A DNA stretch of 64,000 nucleotides from Candidatus Haiyanarchaeum thermophilum. Its GTDB lineage: Archaea > Nanobdellota > Nanobdellia > JAPDLS01 > Haiyanarchaeaceae. Below the pieces are notes generated by a model. That model ran no database searches. It was given only the letters and a program-made list of their open reading frames with translations, and was not told the DNA's origin. The translations under genes and the position numbers were made by a program. Shown here in pieces: positions 27,978-37,889 of this stretch. The stretch lies in the NCBI GenBank assembly GCA_025920425.1, contig JAPDLS010000001.1, positions 308,484 through 372,483 of the forward strand, written 5' to 3'. How positions within the stretch are numbered: position 1 is the first letter of the stretch; each line of letters opens with the position of its first letter.

Positions 27978-28369
27978 ACAAATCCCAATTTCCTCGCTAG
28001 GGCCTCCAGCTTTTCGATATGTTTTTTCCTAAACCCTATATAGATCCCTCCACTCTTCACCCCTACCCAAGTCCTAGTCCTCTCTCCAATCTTGAGCACA
28101 TCGTTGAGAAGTGGATTTACCACCTCTATCCAAACTCCTTCCATCACTTTGATCCTTATACCCCCGACGATCCCAGAAATGCTCAGAAATTTTCCATTTT
28201 TCAGTAATTGTTCCAGCTCTGGGGCCTCTATATCTAGGTGAGTTACTCTGGCAAGGGCAAAACCCTTGACATGAATATATACCTCTCCTTCACATTCTTT
28301 CCTCTTCCTCTCCACTATGAAAATTCTACAGTTATTTAACAGAATCTTTCCTACCGCTGGTCCAGTCAT
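27971..28369 (-). CDS. Hypothetical protein
   Basis: 132-aa ORF in operon. Confidence 0.75.
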   Translation of the reverse strand: MTGPAVGKILLNNCRIFIVERKRKECEGEVYIHVKGFALARVTHLDIEAPELEQLLKNGKFLSISGIVGGIRIKVMEGVWIEVVNPLLNDVLKIGERTRTWVGVKSGGIYIGFRKKHIEKLEALARKLGFVW

Positions 28370-28373
28370 CCAC

Positions 28374-28625
28374 CTACTCCACGATTTTGTAGACTACATC
28401 CCCTTCTCTTACCTTCTCGATCACTTTTAGCCCTATGGAGTCTCCAGGCTTGGCTTCAGTGATGTTCTTGTGCTCTATCTGCATTGACTCTACAACCTGT
28501 TCAAAGTCGGTCTTTTTCCCCTTAATCCTTATTCTGTCCCCTACCTTGATCTTACCACTCACATCAACTACAGCCACACTAATCTTTGGGTAAAAGTGAG
28601 TTACCCTTCCTACTTCCTCCTCCAT
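28374..28625 (-). CDS. Translation-factor-like beta-barrel (U32 peptidase C-terminal-like) protein
   Basis: VGRVTHFYPKISVAV, FEQVVESMQI, GDSIGLKV; start moved to MEEEV. Confidence 0.85.
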   Translation of the reverse strand: MEEEVGRVTHFYPKISVAVVDVSGKIKVGDRIRIKGKKTDFEQVVESMQIEHKNITEAKPGDSIGLKVIEKVREGDVVYKIVE

Positions 28626-28717
28626 TTCAAAGAAAGAGAGGGCTTTCCAAAATAAAAGCATTTCTCTTCGTCATAGCTTAAAAAAATTTTTAAATTTCTA
28701 GATTCTAAGGGTTTTAT

Positions 28718-31174
28718 ATGAGTTACAGGATTTTGCTCTCTGCCTTGATACTTTTCCTCCTCCTTCCTTATGCTTATTCCCTCACGATCTCATGCATCAT
28801 TAGAAACTCTCCCTCTTGCAACCCTGGAGAGGTAAAGCTCTTAGGAATGAGTTCTACTACAAACGCTCATGCAGAACTTCCTTCGCAGAGCAATTATCAA
28901 TATTCTGTGTGTTGCACCTCCACAGATGGCTCAATTGGTAACTCGTGCTCAGGTACTTATGCTATCTTCTTAAGGCTTTCTGATGTGACCAATGCCCACG
29001 TTCAGAGGGCTGATCTCTATAACGATTATCCAAACGCTGTATGCATCTCCAGTACCCCCCAAAATCCTCTAAGCTGTAGCTATAGCACTAGTTGTCCAGC
29101 TGGAACCGCCTTGAACATTTCGATCTCAAGTGATACCAATGCTCATGTAGGAGATTACAACGCCTATTCCACCAAGATTTGTTGTAGTGCTCAATGTATA
29201 CGTGCTAATCCTACTGTAAGCATCTCCCCAGCTTCCCAAAGTGGGACGGCGGGACAAACTCTTACTTATACGGTAAGCGTAACTAATAATGATAATTCTG
29301 CATGTGGGACTTCCACATTTAGCTTAAGTCCTTCTTGTCCTCCAGGCTGGACCTGTACTTTGGCTTCTACTTCTCTCACGATCTCTCCAGGTTCCTCTGC
29401 ATCTACTACGATTAGTGTTACTTCTCCTTCCACAGCATCTCCTGGTACCTATACTTTCAATGTCACTGCCGTCAATAGTGGCGACCCCTCTTATTCTGGA
29501 AGAGGCTCTGCCGATTATGTTGTGGTAATAGCCGCATACACTTTGTACGTAGATGTCAAAATAGATGTGTTAGATCAACCCCTGAGTGGAGTAAGTGTAA
29601 CAGTAGATTCCACTTCTCAGTCCACTGGACCCAATGGAGTAGTCACATTTTCCATCCCCGCCGGCACTCATACCATCAGTGTGCCTGTTACGTTGGCTGA
29701 TGGTAGACCATTCAGCCATTTCTGGGATCATGATGCAAACCACGATTGTGTGCAGACAGATCTTTATGATACAAGCAATAATCCATACACTTTCATTATG
29801 GCATCATGCGAGAGGAATATTACTGCCTGGTACAAAGTATTCACTTATTTCAGGAATTCAGCTGGGGTTACTGGGGCCATAGATTATAACTATTCCACCT
29901 CTACCATCTCTGGTTATTTGTTGAGGGAGGATGGAAACCCGTTGCATTACTCCACAGGAGCTGTAGTTGTGCTGGAGTACTCTGATGGTTCTACTTGGTA
30001 TTCCATTGGAACTGCGACCACTAATCCTACCAATGGCTTCTTCTCCTATACATGGAGTTGTGTACCTTCTGCTACAGCCATTAGAGCTGTCTTCACGGAC
30101 TCCAATTGGTTCTACGTAAGCTCGACTGGCTTAGTAAACATAAACTGCGCTACAGCTTGTACCTATGCTCTCTCTATTAACCCCACTTCCTCCACCCAAG
30201 TTGCCTCTTCTTACAATTTCTCGATCAGCGCTACCGATTCGTCCTCTTCCACCTGTACCTCTCCAATTACTTATACTATTTCCTACTCCGCAAGTGGAGA
30301 CTGCAGCTCAGTAAGCGTAACTCCAAGCTTCGACATAGACGTGGGAGGAACTCTAAGCCCAGCTTTCTGGGTGAATATCACTAGAGGAACTTCAGCCTGT
30401 ACAGTTTATGTGAATGTTACTTCTCCAGATGGGAACGTGGTAGCTTCTGGTACCTATACTCTTTCTCCCCCTTCAGTTACCATTTCAGATATTTACATCA
30501 CTTCTATTAATCCTCCCTTGAAGGTCGTAAGAGCGAATGAAACTTTCCTCCTAAACCTCACACTCTTTAATGGAGGGAACAATATAGGGAACCTAGATAT
30601 TCTTACTGTAGAGGATCGCAGAAATGTGATAGAGGTCTTAACCTATTCTCCAGATCCTATCCAGAACTTCGCTTCTCAGAGCTATAGAAACCTCACGATT
30701 AGAGTGAAGGCTAGTAGGCTCACTCTTTCCACTACACTCCTTCCAATAATAAATGCTACCAAGGATGGAGCCCTAGTGACAATTTCTCCCATTTATCCAA
30801 TCTTTAATCTATCTATCTCCAAAACTGAAATTCCAATAGGCTCAACTGAGAAGATAAATATTACTCTTTCCCCATACATCTTCGATAGTTCTGGAAATAC
30901 CCAAAGCATAAGCTTCAATCAGCTGACGAATGTCAAGCTCTCTTTTTACAAGCTAGAAGAGGAGCTGGATAAACTTACTGTGATCTACGAAAGATACTTG
31001 AACCAACCTCTCTTCCAATTCACTTTAGAGGATATAGGAATAAAGGGAATAACAAACCCTGCTGCGTGTGGTTATTATGTGGCTATCGTTACTGGAGAAT
31101 ATGTAAATCGAGCTGGATTCCCTGGAAGTGATTCAGTCGGTTTCCTAGTCTCAGGCTGTCTATATCTGCCCTAA
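28718..31174 (+). CDS. Large secreted Cys/Ser/Thr-rich surface protein with Ig-like domains
   Basis: Signal peptide, three S-x-x-T-N-A-H repeats, NEW3-like Ig domain, many N-x-S/T sequons. Confidence 0.85.
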   Translation: MSYRILLSALILFLLLPYAYSLTISCIIRNSPSCNPGEVKLLGMSSTTNAHAELPSQSNYQYSVCCTSTDGSIGNSCSGTYAIFLRLSDVTNAHVQRADLYNDYPNAVCISSTPQNPLSCSYSTSCPAGTALNISISSDTNAHVGDYNAYSTKICCSAQCIRANPTVSISPASQSGTAGQTLTYTVSVTNNDNSACGTSTFSLSPSCPPGWTCTLASTSLTISPGSSASTTISVTSPSTASPGTYTFNVTAVNSGDPSYSGRGSADYVVVIAAYTLYVDVKIDVLDQPLSGVSVTVDSTSQSTGPNGVVTFSIPAGTHTISVPVTLADGRPFSHFWDHDANHDCVQTDLYDTSNNPYTFIMASCERNITAWYKVFTYFRNSAGVTGAIDYNYSTSTISGYLLREDGNPLHYSTGAVVVLEYSDGSTWYSIGTATTNPTNGFFSYTWSCVPSATAIRAVFTDSNWFYVSSTGLVNINCATACTYALSINPTSSTQVASSYNFSISATDSSSSTCTSPITYTISYSASGDCSSVSVTPSFDIDVGGTLSPAFWVNITRGTSACTVYVNVTSPDGNVVASGTYTLSPPSVTISDIYITSINPPLKVVRANETFLLNLTLFNGGNNIGNLDILTVEDRRNVIEVLTYSPDPIQNFASQSYRNLTIRVKASRLTLSTTLLPIINATKDGALVTISPIYPIFNLSISKTEIPIGSTEKINITLSPYIFDSSGNTQSISFNQLTNVKLSFYKLEEELDKLTVIYERYLNQPLFQFTLEDIGIKGITNPAACGYYVAIVTGEYVNRAGFPGSDSVGFLVSGCLYLP

Positions 31175-32104
31175 TATTTTCTCTATCTCTTTCTGTTCCA
31201 TCAACCTTATCAATTCTTGGTAGTAAGTATCTACCAATTTCTTAGCCTCTTCTTTCTTCTGCTTCTCTAGATTCTTATATTCAGTCTTTATCTTTTCCTT
31301 CAATACATTTATTGCTTCCTCCATCATTGTGGGAGAGCTCAATAGCTCTTCTAACTTCCTAATTTGCTGTGAGTAGGCATCAACTTGTTCACGTTCCTTA
31401 TCTGGATCACGCTGGATCTTATAGAGAGTTACCTTCTCATAACCTTTGTCCACTTTCCTACGCCAAGTCCTATCAGGAACATAATTCCTTACCTTCTGGA
31501 GCTCCTCCTTGAATTCCTTATATTTCTCTCTCCAATCTTTATCGGATAATATCTGGAAAAGGAAGTTTTCTGCAATTTCATGAATTTCAGAGAGCGCATC
31601 TCTCTCCTCGCGCAGATTCTTCTTTCCTAGGATTTGTTCGAGTAGGGATAAATTTTTGTAAATGAATTTAGTTGTATCATCCTTCAATAGGTTTAACAAT
31701 TCATAAGGACTTTTCGCCTTTTGTAAAGACTCTAAGTGTTTCTCCACCTTTGGTAAGAACTCCAAGCATTTCCACTGCTTGCTTCTAAGGGAATAGAAAG
31801 GCTCGCAATATTTTCTCTCAAGTTTTTCCATATCCTCACATATGGAAGTAGCTGCGCAAGCCAACAAGAAGGAATCCTTCCTATTCTCAAGTCTCTTTTT
31901 CAACTCTCGGAACTTCCTAGCGTAAGCTTCCCTCTCCTTATTCTTCTCCTTTACAGCCCTTCTCTCCTCTATCTCTCTCCAAGCCCTCTCCACCCAATTT
32001 CCTACACTCCTATCTATAGAGTGAAGTACATCTGCTGCATCTACTTTTGGCTTCTTACCCCTAAGCCAACGATTCCATGCCCTAAAATATTCTTTGAGCC
32101 CCAT
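31160..32104 (-). CDS. Hypothetical charged coiled-coil protein
   Basis: 314-aa K/E-rich helical ORF with upstream TATA. Confidence 0.75.
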   Translation of the reverse strand: MGLKEYFRAWNRWLRGKKPKVDAADVLHSIDRSVGNWVERAWREIEERRAVKEKNKEREAYARKFRELKKRLENRKDSFLLACAATSICEDMEKLERKYCEPFYSLRSKQWKCLEFLPKVEKHLESLQKAKSPYELLNLLKDDTTKFIYKNLSLLEQILGKKNLREERDALSEIHEIAENFLFQILSDKDWREKYKEFKEELQKVRNYVPDRTWRRKVDKGYEKVTLYKIQRDPDKEREQVDAYSQQIRKLEELLSSPTMMEEAINVLKEKIKTEYKNLEKQKKEEAKKLVDTYYQELIRLMEQKEIEKILGQI

Positions 32105-32139
32105 GTAATTACTAAAAAGTAGATACTTTAAAAATCTTT

Positions 32140-34464
32140 CTACTTAAATTCTAGGTTCCTTATTTTGTGCATCGCCTTCAAATCCTTCTCAAACCCCTTA
32201 AGCCCAGTACTGCAGATAAACCTTTCAATCTCAGCATTTAGAGGAAGTTTATTCTCTTTCTTAAATTTCCATACTTGGGAATTGAATTCAACTAATAGTT
32301 TTGTAAACTTGCTTAAATCTTGAACTTTTTTCACTTTCGGAAATTTCTGCTTATGAATGCTCTCCTTATTCCCAAGACTTAACCAGATAGCTTCACAAAT
32401 GAAGGGGCAAATTGGAGCCAAGAGTTTTATAATAGCCTCGAGACAATAATGGAGGGTATACCTAGCTGAATTTACTTCTTGAGATGAAAATTCATTTCCC
32501 CCATATGCCCTAGGCTTGACGAGTTCTATGTAATGGGGAGCAAAGAGATTCCACACAAAACTCCTTATCTGAGTTGCTACTGTAAATAAATCGAACTTCC
32601 TATAACTTCTCCTACATTTCCTTATAAGTTCATTCATGCAGCTGATGATCCACTGGTCACTGAACTCCAATTTACTTACCCTAGGCTTCTCAAATTGTCT
32701 CACGAATCTAGAAATTTGCCAAAGCTTTTGGAGGAACTTCGAGGATCCTTGAATCTTCCTCTCATTCACCTTGTAATTCTCTCCATGCCTCACCTCTGAG
32801 GCCCCAAAAAAGCGAACCGCATCAGCTCCATACTTGTTGAAGAGGTCTAAAGGATAGACTACATTACCTAGTGACTTATGCATTGGTCTTCCCTTCTCAT
32901 CTAACCCTAATCCACTACACCATACATGTTTGAACACAGGCTTTCCAGTAACATGGAATCCTACCAGAATTGAATAGTAGAGCCAGCTCTTAATTATATC
33001 TTTTCCTTGCACTCTCATCGTGCATGGAAAGTTTTCCTGGAAAAACTCAGGATCCTGCCTGTACTTTAAAATGAAGAGTTCAGAACAGCTTGAGTCCATC
33101 CATGTATCAAATACTCTCTCCTCTCCTACAAATTCTCTGCTCCCACATTTAGGGCATTTCTCAAGTGGGGGATTCTCCTTCCATGGGATGAAATATTTGT
33201 CTCCCTCCGGCAAGATAATCTGTTTACATTTCTTGCAATACCAGAGGGGGATCTCTGTACCATAATATCTCCTCCTAGAAATTGGCCAATCTGAGCTGAG
33301 AGAATTCACCCAGCTTAGCAGGATCTTCCTAGCATCTTTAGGATAAAACCTCATCTCTCCGATTATCTTTTTCAGCTTGGGAATGAAATCCAATTGTCTT
33401 AAATAGAATTCTTTGAGCTCGATGAACTCTATAGGATTCTTAGATCTCCAACAACATGGTACATCCTGTTCTATCTCTTCCTCCTTTTCTATTGCACCTA
33501 GCTTCTCCAGATCTTCCACTATTTTAGCTCTAGCCTCCTCTACCTTGAGCCCTTTGTAAGGTCCCGCATTCTCGTTCATCCTAGCGTCCTCATCTATAGC
33601 CACTATTGGTCTAACTCCAAATTCCTTTACAAGTCTTATGTCGGTACTATCTCCATAGGAACATATCATCACTAGTCCCGTGCCAAACTCAGGCTTTGCA
33701 GATCTATGTTTAAATACAGGCACTCTTCTCGAGAAGATCGGAACCACTAATTGCTTATTTTCCAAGCCCCTATATCTCTTGTCTCTCGGGTTGTATATCA
33801 CGAAAAGACAGCTGCAGAGGAGCTCAGGTCTGGTGGTAGCTATTACCACTTCCCTCTCTTCTCCCTCTACTTTGAATTTTATGTAGTAAAGCTTAACCTT
33901 TCTCCTAGAGTACTCCACTTCAGTGTCAGCTATCGTAGTTCGGCATACTGGGCAATAATTAACTGGCCTGTAATCCTCATAGATCAAGCCTCTCCTGAAG
34001 AAATCTAGGAAGACCTGCTGGGTGAGCTTCCTATATTCTGGAGAGTCTGTCCTATAGAGGTTATCAAAGTCACAGCTCATACCTCCCCTCTTGAGTGCCT
34101 CAACTATTTTTTTCTCCATCTCATCCAGTTCTAAACTGCAAATCCTCAAGAATTCCTCTCTACTTGCATTGCGAATATTTATCCCAGTTTTCCTCTCCAC
34201 GTAATTCTCAACTGGTAGACCATTCCTATCTATGCCTAGGGGAAATAGAACTTGCTTGCCCATCATCCTCATTGCCCTAGCGATCATATCTATCTGCAGA
34301 TAATGAATTGTCTGGGCTATATGGAATATACCAGTCGGATAGGGAGGAGGAGTATCTATCGAAAATATATTTCTCCCTCCTCCTATCTTGAAGAGCTCCT
34401 GACTTTCCCAAAACTTGAGGATCTCTTCCTCCTTCGAAGCTTCCCAGCTTTCCATCTTTACCAT
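32140..34464 (-). CDS. valS: Valyl-tRNA synthetase (archaeal type)
   Basis: FSIDTPPPY, ATTRPE, DWPISRRRYYGTEIP, DTWMDSS, MHKSLGN. Confidence 0.95.
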   Translation of the reverse strand: MVKMESWEASKEEEILKFWESQELFKIGGGRNIFSIDTPPPYPTGIFHIAQTIHYLQIDMIARAMRMMGKQVLFPLGIDRNGLPVENYVERKTGINIRNASREEFLRICSLELDEMEKKIVEALKRGGMSCDFDNLYRTDSPEYRKLTQQVFLDFFRRGLIYEDYRPVNYCPVCRTTIADTEVEYSRRKVKLYYIKFKVEGEEREVVIATTRPELLCSCLFVIYNPRDKRYRGLENKQLVVPIFSRRVPVFKHRSAKPEFGTGLVMICSYGDSTDIRLVKEFGVRPIVAIDEDARMNENAGPYKGLKVEEARAKIVEDLEKLGAIEKEEEIEQDVPCCWRSKNPIEFIELKEFYLRQLDFIPKLKKIIGEMRFYPKDARKILLSWVNSLSSDWPISRRRYYGTEIPLWYCKKCKQIILPEGDKYFIPWKENPPLEKCPKCGSREFVGEERVFDTWMDSSCSELFILKYRQDPEFFQENFPCTMRVQGKDIIKSWLYYSILVGFHVTGKPVFKHVWCSGLGLDEKGRPMHKSLGNVVYPLDLFNKYGADAVRFFGASEVRHGENYKVNERKIQGSSKFLQKLWQISRFVRQFEKPRVSKLEFSDQWIISCMNELIRKCRRSYRKFDLFTVATQIRSFVWNLFAPHYIELVKPRAYGGNEFSSQEVNSARYTLHYCLEAIIKLLAPICPFICEAIWLSLGNKESIHKQKFPKVKKVQDLSKFTKLLVEFNSQVWKFKKENKLPLNAEIERFICSTGLKGFEKDLKAMHKIRNLEFK

Positions 34465-34574
34465 AAGGGAGGGGAGGAATTTTAAAGCTTCCTCATCACC
34501 ATATCAAAGTAGAGAACCCAAACCAAAAGCTTTAAATATAAGTTGGCTTATTTCCATGAAGATTGGGGGTTAAA

Positions 34575-34757
34575 ATGCCAAGATGTGAGATCTGCAGTAA
34601 TGAAGTAAGCAAAGTATATAAATGCAAAAGTTGTGGAGCTAAATTCTGTGAGAATTGTGGAGATGTAGACAAGTTGATTTGTGAAGATTGTCTAGCCTTC
34701 GAGGAGGAGCTTACCTCCACAGAAGGTATCGAGTTTGAGGAAGGTGAAGGAGGTTAG
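34575..34757 (+). CDS. Small zinc-finger protein with acidic tail
   Basis: Four CxxC pairs (CEIC, CKSC, CENC, CEDC). Confidence 0.8.
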   Translation: MPRCEICSNEVSKVYKCKSCGAKFCENCGDVDKLICEDCLAFEEELTSTEGIEFEEGEGG

Positions 34758-34767
34758 GGTGCATACT

Positions 34768-34872
34768 ATGAGGTTCGTCAAAATGGAAGAGTGGGAGGAA
34801 GAACCGCCAGAGGAAGAAGAAGACTGGGAAGAGGAGGAGTGGGAAGAAGAAGAGTGGGAAGAGGAGGAATAA
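34768..34872 (+). CDS. Hyperacidic Glu/Trp micropeptide (not in ORF track; alternative start 34783)
   Basis: (MRFVK)MEEWEEEPPEEEEDWEEEEWEEEEWEEEE*; mixed GAA/GAG codons; RBS-like GAGGT upstream. Confidence 0.6.
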   Translation: MRFVKMEEWEEEPPEEEEDWEEEEWEEEEWEEEE

Positions 34873-34976
34873 ATCACTGACTCTAGCACTAGCCTTCTTT
34901 AACTTTTTATTTATCTTAATTTGCTTTGGATAGCTATATGGCTCAAGAAGCCAAAAATAGAAAGTTAACGTGAACT

Positions 34977-35243
34977 TTAAACTATGTCTTCCTCAGCCAC
35001 GACAACGAAGTCTCCTATGGCCATCACTGCGTTGAATGGTATCTGATAATTTCCTTCCTCATCTCTTTCCAGTTGAAATGTATCTGCATAAGGAGTAGGG
35101 TTCTTCAGTACCAAATAAATTATCTCCCCACTTCTTGTCTCGAATACTATATCCCCTACTTCCCCAAACTTCTTTCCAGTCTTTGAAACTACCATCTTTC
35201 CAATTAAAGATTGCACAGGCACTCTCTCGCTCTTTGCCTCCAT
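34977..35243 (-). CDS. PRC-barrel domain protein (CdpB-like)
   Basis: LIGKMVVSKTGKKFGEVGDIVFE...IPFNAVMAIGDFVVV. Confidence 0.9.
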   Translation of the reverse strand: MEAKSERVPVQSLIGKMVVSKTGKKFGEVGDIVFETRSGEIIYLVLKNPTPYADTFQLERDEEGNYQIPFNAVMAIGDFVVVAEEDIV

Positions 35244-35290
35244 ATGACCACCTTATTTTATGATAACTTAAAAGCTTTTAAAGCTTCTTA

Positions 35291-35962
35291 TCATAACTTT
35301 TCAACTCTAGGCAGGAATCTCTGGAAGATCAGAAAGAGGATGAGGGCCAATAATGGGAATAAAATGAAGAAGAGCCAAAGAATTTGATAGAGGACCCAAA
35401 GCATGATGGAACCACATAGTAGAGTTGCCCAGGCTATTGGGCTCCATCCGAAGATCTTTCCCCCATCGAATTGGGGTAGGGGGACTAGGCTGAAAGTGGT
35501 TAGAGAGATACTCATCCAAAATAGGGAGTAAATAGGCGGAAAAGCTATTGTAAGCATCGCAAAGAGAATTGCAAGGAAAAAACTGGTGAGGGGGCCTGCA
35601 ATTGAGATTTTACCTATTTCTTCCCTACTCAGCTCCGAATATCCTCTCCTTAATTTCGAAGCCTTTTCTATGGCAATTGTGCCTATCGCAGCTAGGATAA
35701 GCATGCCCCCCGAGAAGAGAGCAAGGATCACTGCTAGAAAGAGAAGCCTCCAATCGGTAGCATATCTGGTCCTACACCCAAATCTTCTAGCTACCCTTGC
35801 ATGCGCATATTCATGGATCCCAAAGATTAGTGAAAGGAAAAATAAATTGAGGATGAATCCTCTGAACGCCACATCTATTGGAAGAAGCCAAAAATCCCTA
35901 TAGGAAAATAGAAAGGAGAGAACTATAATGCCTACAGCCATATTCTTAAACTGAAAGTCCAT
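35291..35962 (-). CDS. M50 (site-2) family intramembrane metalloprotease
   Basis: HEYAH, SIAGP, SLVPLPQFDG. Confidence 0.87.
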   Translation of the reverse strand: MDFQFKNMAVGIIVLSFLFSYRDFWLLPIDVAFRGFILNLFFLSLIFGIHEYAHARVARRFGCRTRYATDWRLLFLAVILALFSGGMLILAAIGTIAIEKASKLRRGYSELSREEIGKISIAGPLTSFFLAILFAMLTIAFPPIYSLFWMSISLTTFSLVPLPQFDGGKIFGWSPIAWATLLCGSIMLWVLYQILWLFFILFPLLALILFLIFQRFLPRVEKL

Positions 35963-35992
35963 ATAATGAGCACTCTCAAAGGAAATTTAAAA

Positions 35993-36514
35993 TTATCTAA
36001 CGAATGTACTCAAAGCTTGGTAGCCATCTGTGTACGGAATTGGAAGAAGATTGAAGAGGAAGAGATATAGATTTACTCTACTAACCAGATAGGTGTAGAA
36101 TGCCCTTTCCCCCTCCATTCTATGAATGGTTACTCTAGCTACCAAATAAATCAAGAGATTGGTGAGGGGGCCTGCAATTGAAATCCAAAAAATTGCATTC
36201 CTCGTCAGCTGGCCACTGATTGAAACATAGGCTGGAATGAAAAAGAGGATGGGGGATCTGAGAAGTTTGAGTACCACCCCTATTGCAAGTCCAGGGAAAT
36301 ACATGTTATAAACTGCTGAACAGTTGAAGTGAAGTGCAACAAATTTGTGGGCTAATTCATGAAGTACTACTGCAGGGCTTAGGATTAGTGAAGCTATCAA
36401 AATTCTCTCCCAAATCCCTCTCCTTAAGTAAGGATTCTGGAGGAATTGCTCGAAAATGAAACCAAGTAATAAAATTGTTCCGAGAATTTCAACTATTTCG
36501 CTGAACTCAAACAT
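35993..36514 (-). CDS. M50 (site-2) family intramembrane metalloprotease
   Basis: HELAH, SIAGPLTN, FNLLPIPYTDG. Confidence 0.88.
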   Translation of the reverse strand: MFEFSEIVEILGTILLLGFIFEQFLQNPYLRRGIWERILIASLILSPAVVLHELAHKFVALHFNCSAVYNMYFPGLAIGVVLKLLRSPILFFIPAYVSISGQLTRNAIFWISIAGPLTNLLIYLVARVTIHRMEGERAFYTYLVSRVNLYLFLFNLLPIPYTDGYQALSTFVR

Positions 36515-36535
36515 TTCACAGAAATATTTAAGTGA

Positions 36536-37582
36536 TTGTCCTCCTTTAATAATTTTATGGGGGTGCTAGAACAGCTCAAATCAGGAAAAGTTTGTGTGGT
36601 ACATCATAACGATGCAGATGGAATCTGTTCAGCTGCCCTCCTAGCCATTACTATGAAGAAGTTAGGAAATTTTCCAACTAAGATCATCTCCCCAAAGTTC
36701 ACCGAGTTCGATGACAGCATTATCAAGGAAGTTGGTAATTCAGATCTAACTGTGATTCTAGACATGGGACTCGATAAGACTGATTTGGAAGGAATTGGGG
36801 ATTATTTAATCATCGATCACCACCCATTACATGTGATATTTGAACCTACTAAGCTCATCCATTCCACAAAAAATTGTGCATCATACCTTACATTTCACTT
36901 CTGCAATCAATTTGTCAAACTGGATGAATATGCCTGGATAGCAGGAATTGGCTGTTTGGCTGATAAAGATCTCGATGGTTTCCAACAATTGCATACCTTC
37001 ATCAAAAAGAGCTACCCAGACCTCAATGAAAGTATTCTTAGGGTGATGATGTGCTTCATAAGTTCTTCTAGAATCTTTGGCCAAAAGGGGCTGCAGTATG
37101 GAGTAAATGCACTTATAGAGGCTGCTGAGATGAAATCCCCAACCACTGTTCTAGGTTCCACTCCAAATTCTCAAAAATTAGTACGCCTGAGGAGGCTATC
37201 AATAGCTCAGAGAAATTACTGGCTGATGAAGTTCAACGAGATTGCCCAGATCGATTACCAGAATAGAATACTTTCAGCCGAGATCAGTTCTAAGTTTTTT
37301 ATCCAGAATTATTTAGCTGGAACTATCTCAAATTTGTATCCTAGTTTCGTATGTTTTGTGATCAATAGTGGTTTAGATGATAAATATTCTGTAATTGAGG
37401 TTAGGTCCAAGAGCGATCATTTGAATCTCGGATTAATAATGAAAAAAGCATGTAGCTATTTTGAAAACTCAAGCGGAGGTGGACATAGACAAGCTGCAGG
37501 AGCTAAAGTGCCGAAAGCAGTGGTGAAAGAATTCTTGGAAAAAGTCAAGGAAATTATGCAAATAGAGCGCTCAGCCCTGTAG
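36536..37582 (+). CDS. DHH/DHHA1 phosphoesterase (RecJ-like)
   Basis: [22 protein letters not shown]. Confidence 0.9.
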   Translation: MSSFNNFMGVLEQLKSGKVCVVHHNDADGICSAALLAITMKKLGNFPTKIISPKFTEFDDSIIKEVGNSDLTVILDMGLDKTDLEGIGDYLIIDHHPLHVIFEPTKLIHSTKNCASYLTFHFCNQFVKLDEYAWIAGIGCLADKDLDGFQQLHTFIKKSYPDLNESILRVMMCFISSSRIFGQKGLQYGVNALIEAAEMKSPTTVLGSTPNSQKLVRLRRLSIAQRNYWLMKFNEIAQIDYQNRILSAEISSKFFIQNYLAGTISNLYPSFVCFVINSGLDDKYSVIEVRSKSDHLNLGLIMKKACSYFENSSGGGHRQAAGAKVPKAVVKEFLEKVKEIMQIERSAL

Positions 37583-37856
37583 CAGCCTCCTCTTCGCTAA
37601 TCTTCTTTTCCTTCTTCTCCTCTTCCTTTGGTTTACTCTCCGCCGCTTGTGGGGATGGAGTTGAAGGAGCTGTACTCACTGGTAGTGCTTGAGCTAGAAC
37701 CTCATCTATGTTCACCCCTTCTAAAGAGGCTACCAATGCTTTAATTCGAGCCTCATCTACTTTAGCTCCTGCTGCTTCCAAGACTCTCCTCAAGCTCTCT
37801 TCATCCACCTTCTTTCCTGTCTTATGTAGGAGTAACGCAGCATATATGTATTCCAT
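37554..37856 (-). CDS. rpl12: 50S ribosomal stalk protein P1/L12
   Basis: [11 protein letters not shown]...GLSALF. Confidence 0.97.
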   Translation of the reverse strand: MEYIYAALLLHKTGKKVDEESLRRVLEAAGAKVDEARIKALVASLEGVNIDEVLAQALPVSTAPSTPSPQAAESKPKEEEKKEKKISEEEAATGLSALFA

Positions 37857-37889
37857 GGTTTAACACCTATATTGCCATACTTATATACT

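Noticed and set aside
34783-34872. GAAGAG/TGGGAA tandem repeats as a CRISPR array or microsatellite
   Set aside because: No constant repeat with unique spacers; variation is synonymous, so it is better explained as a coding peptide
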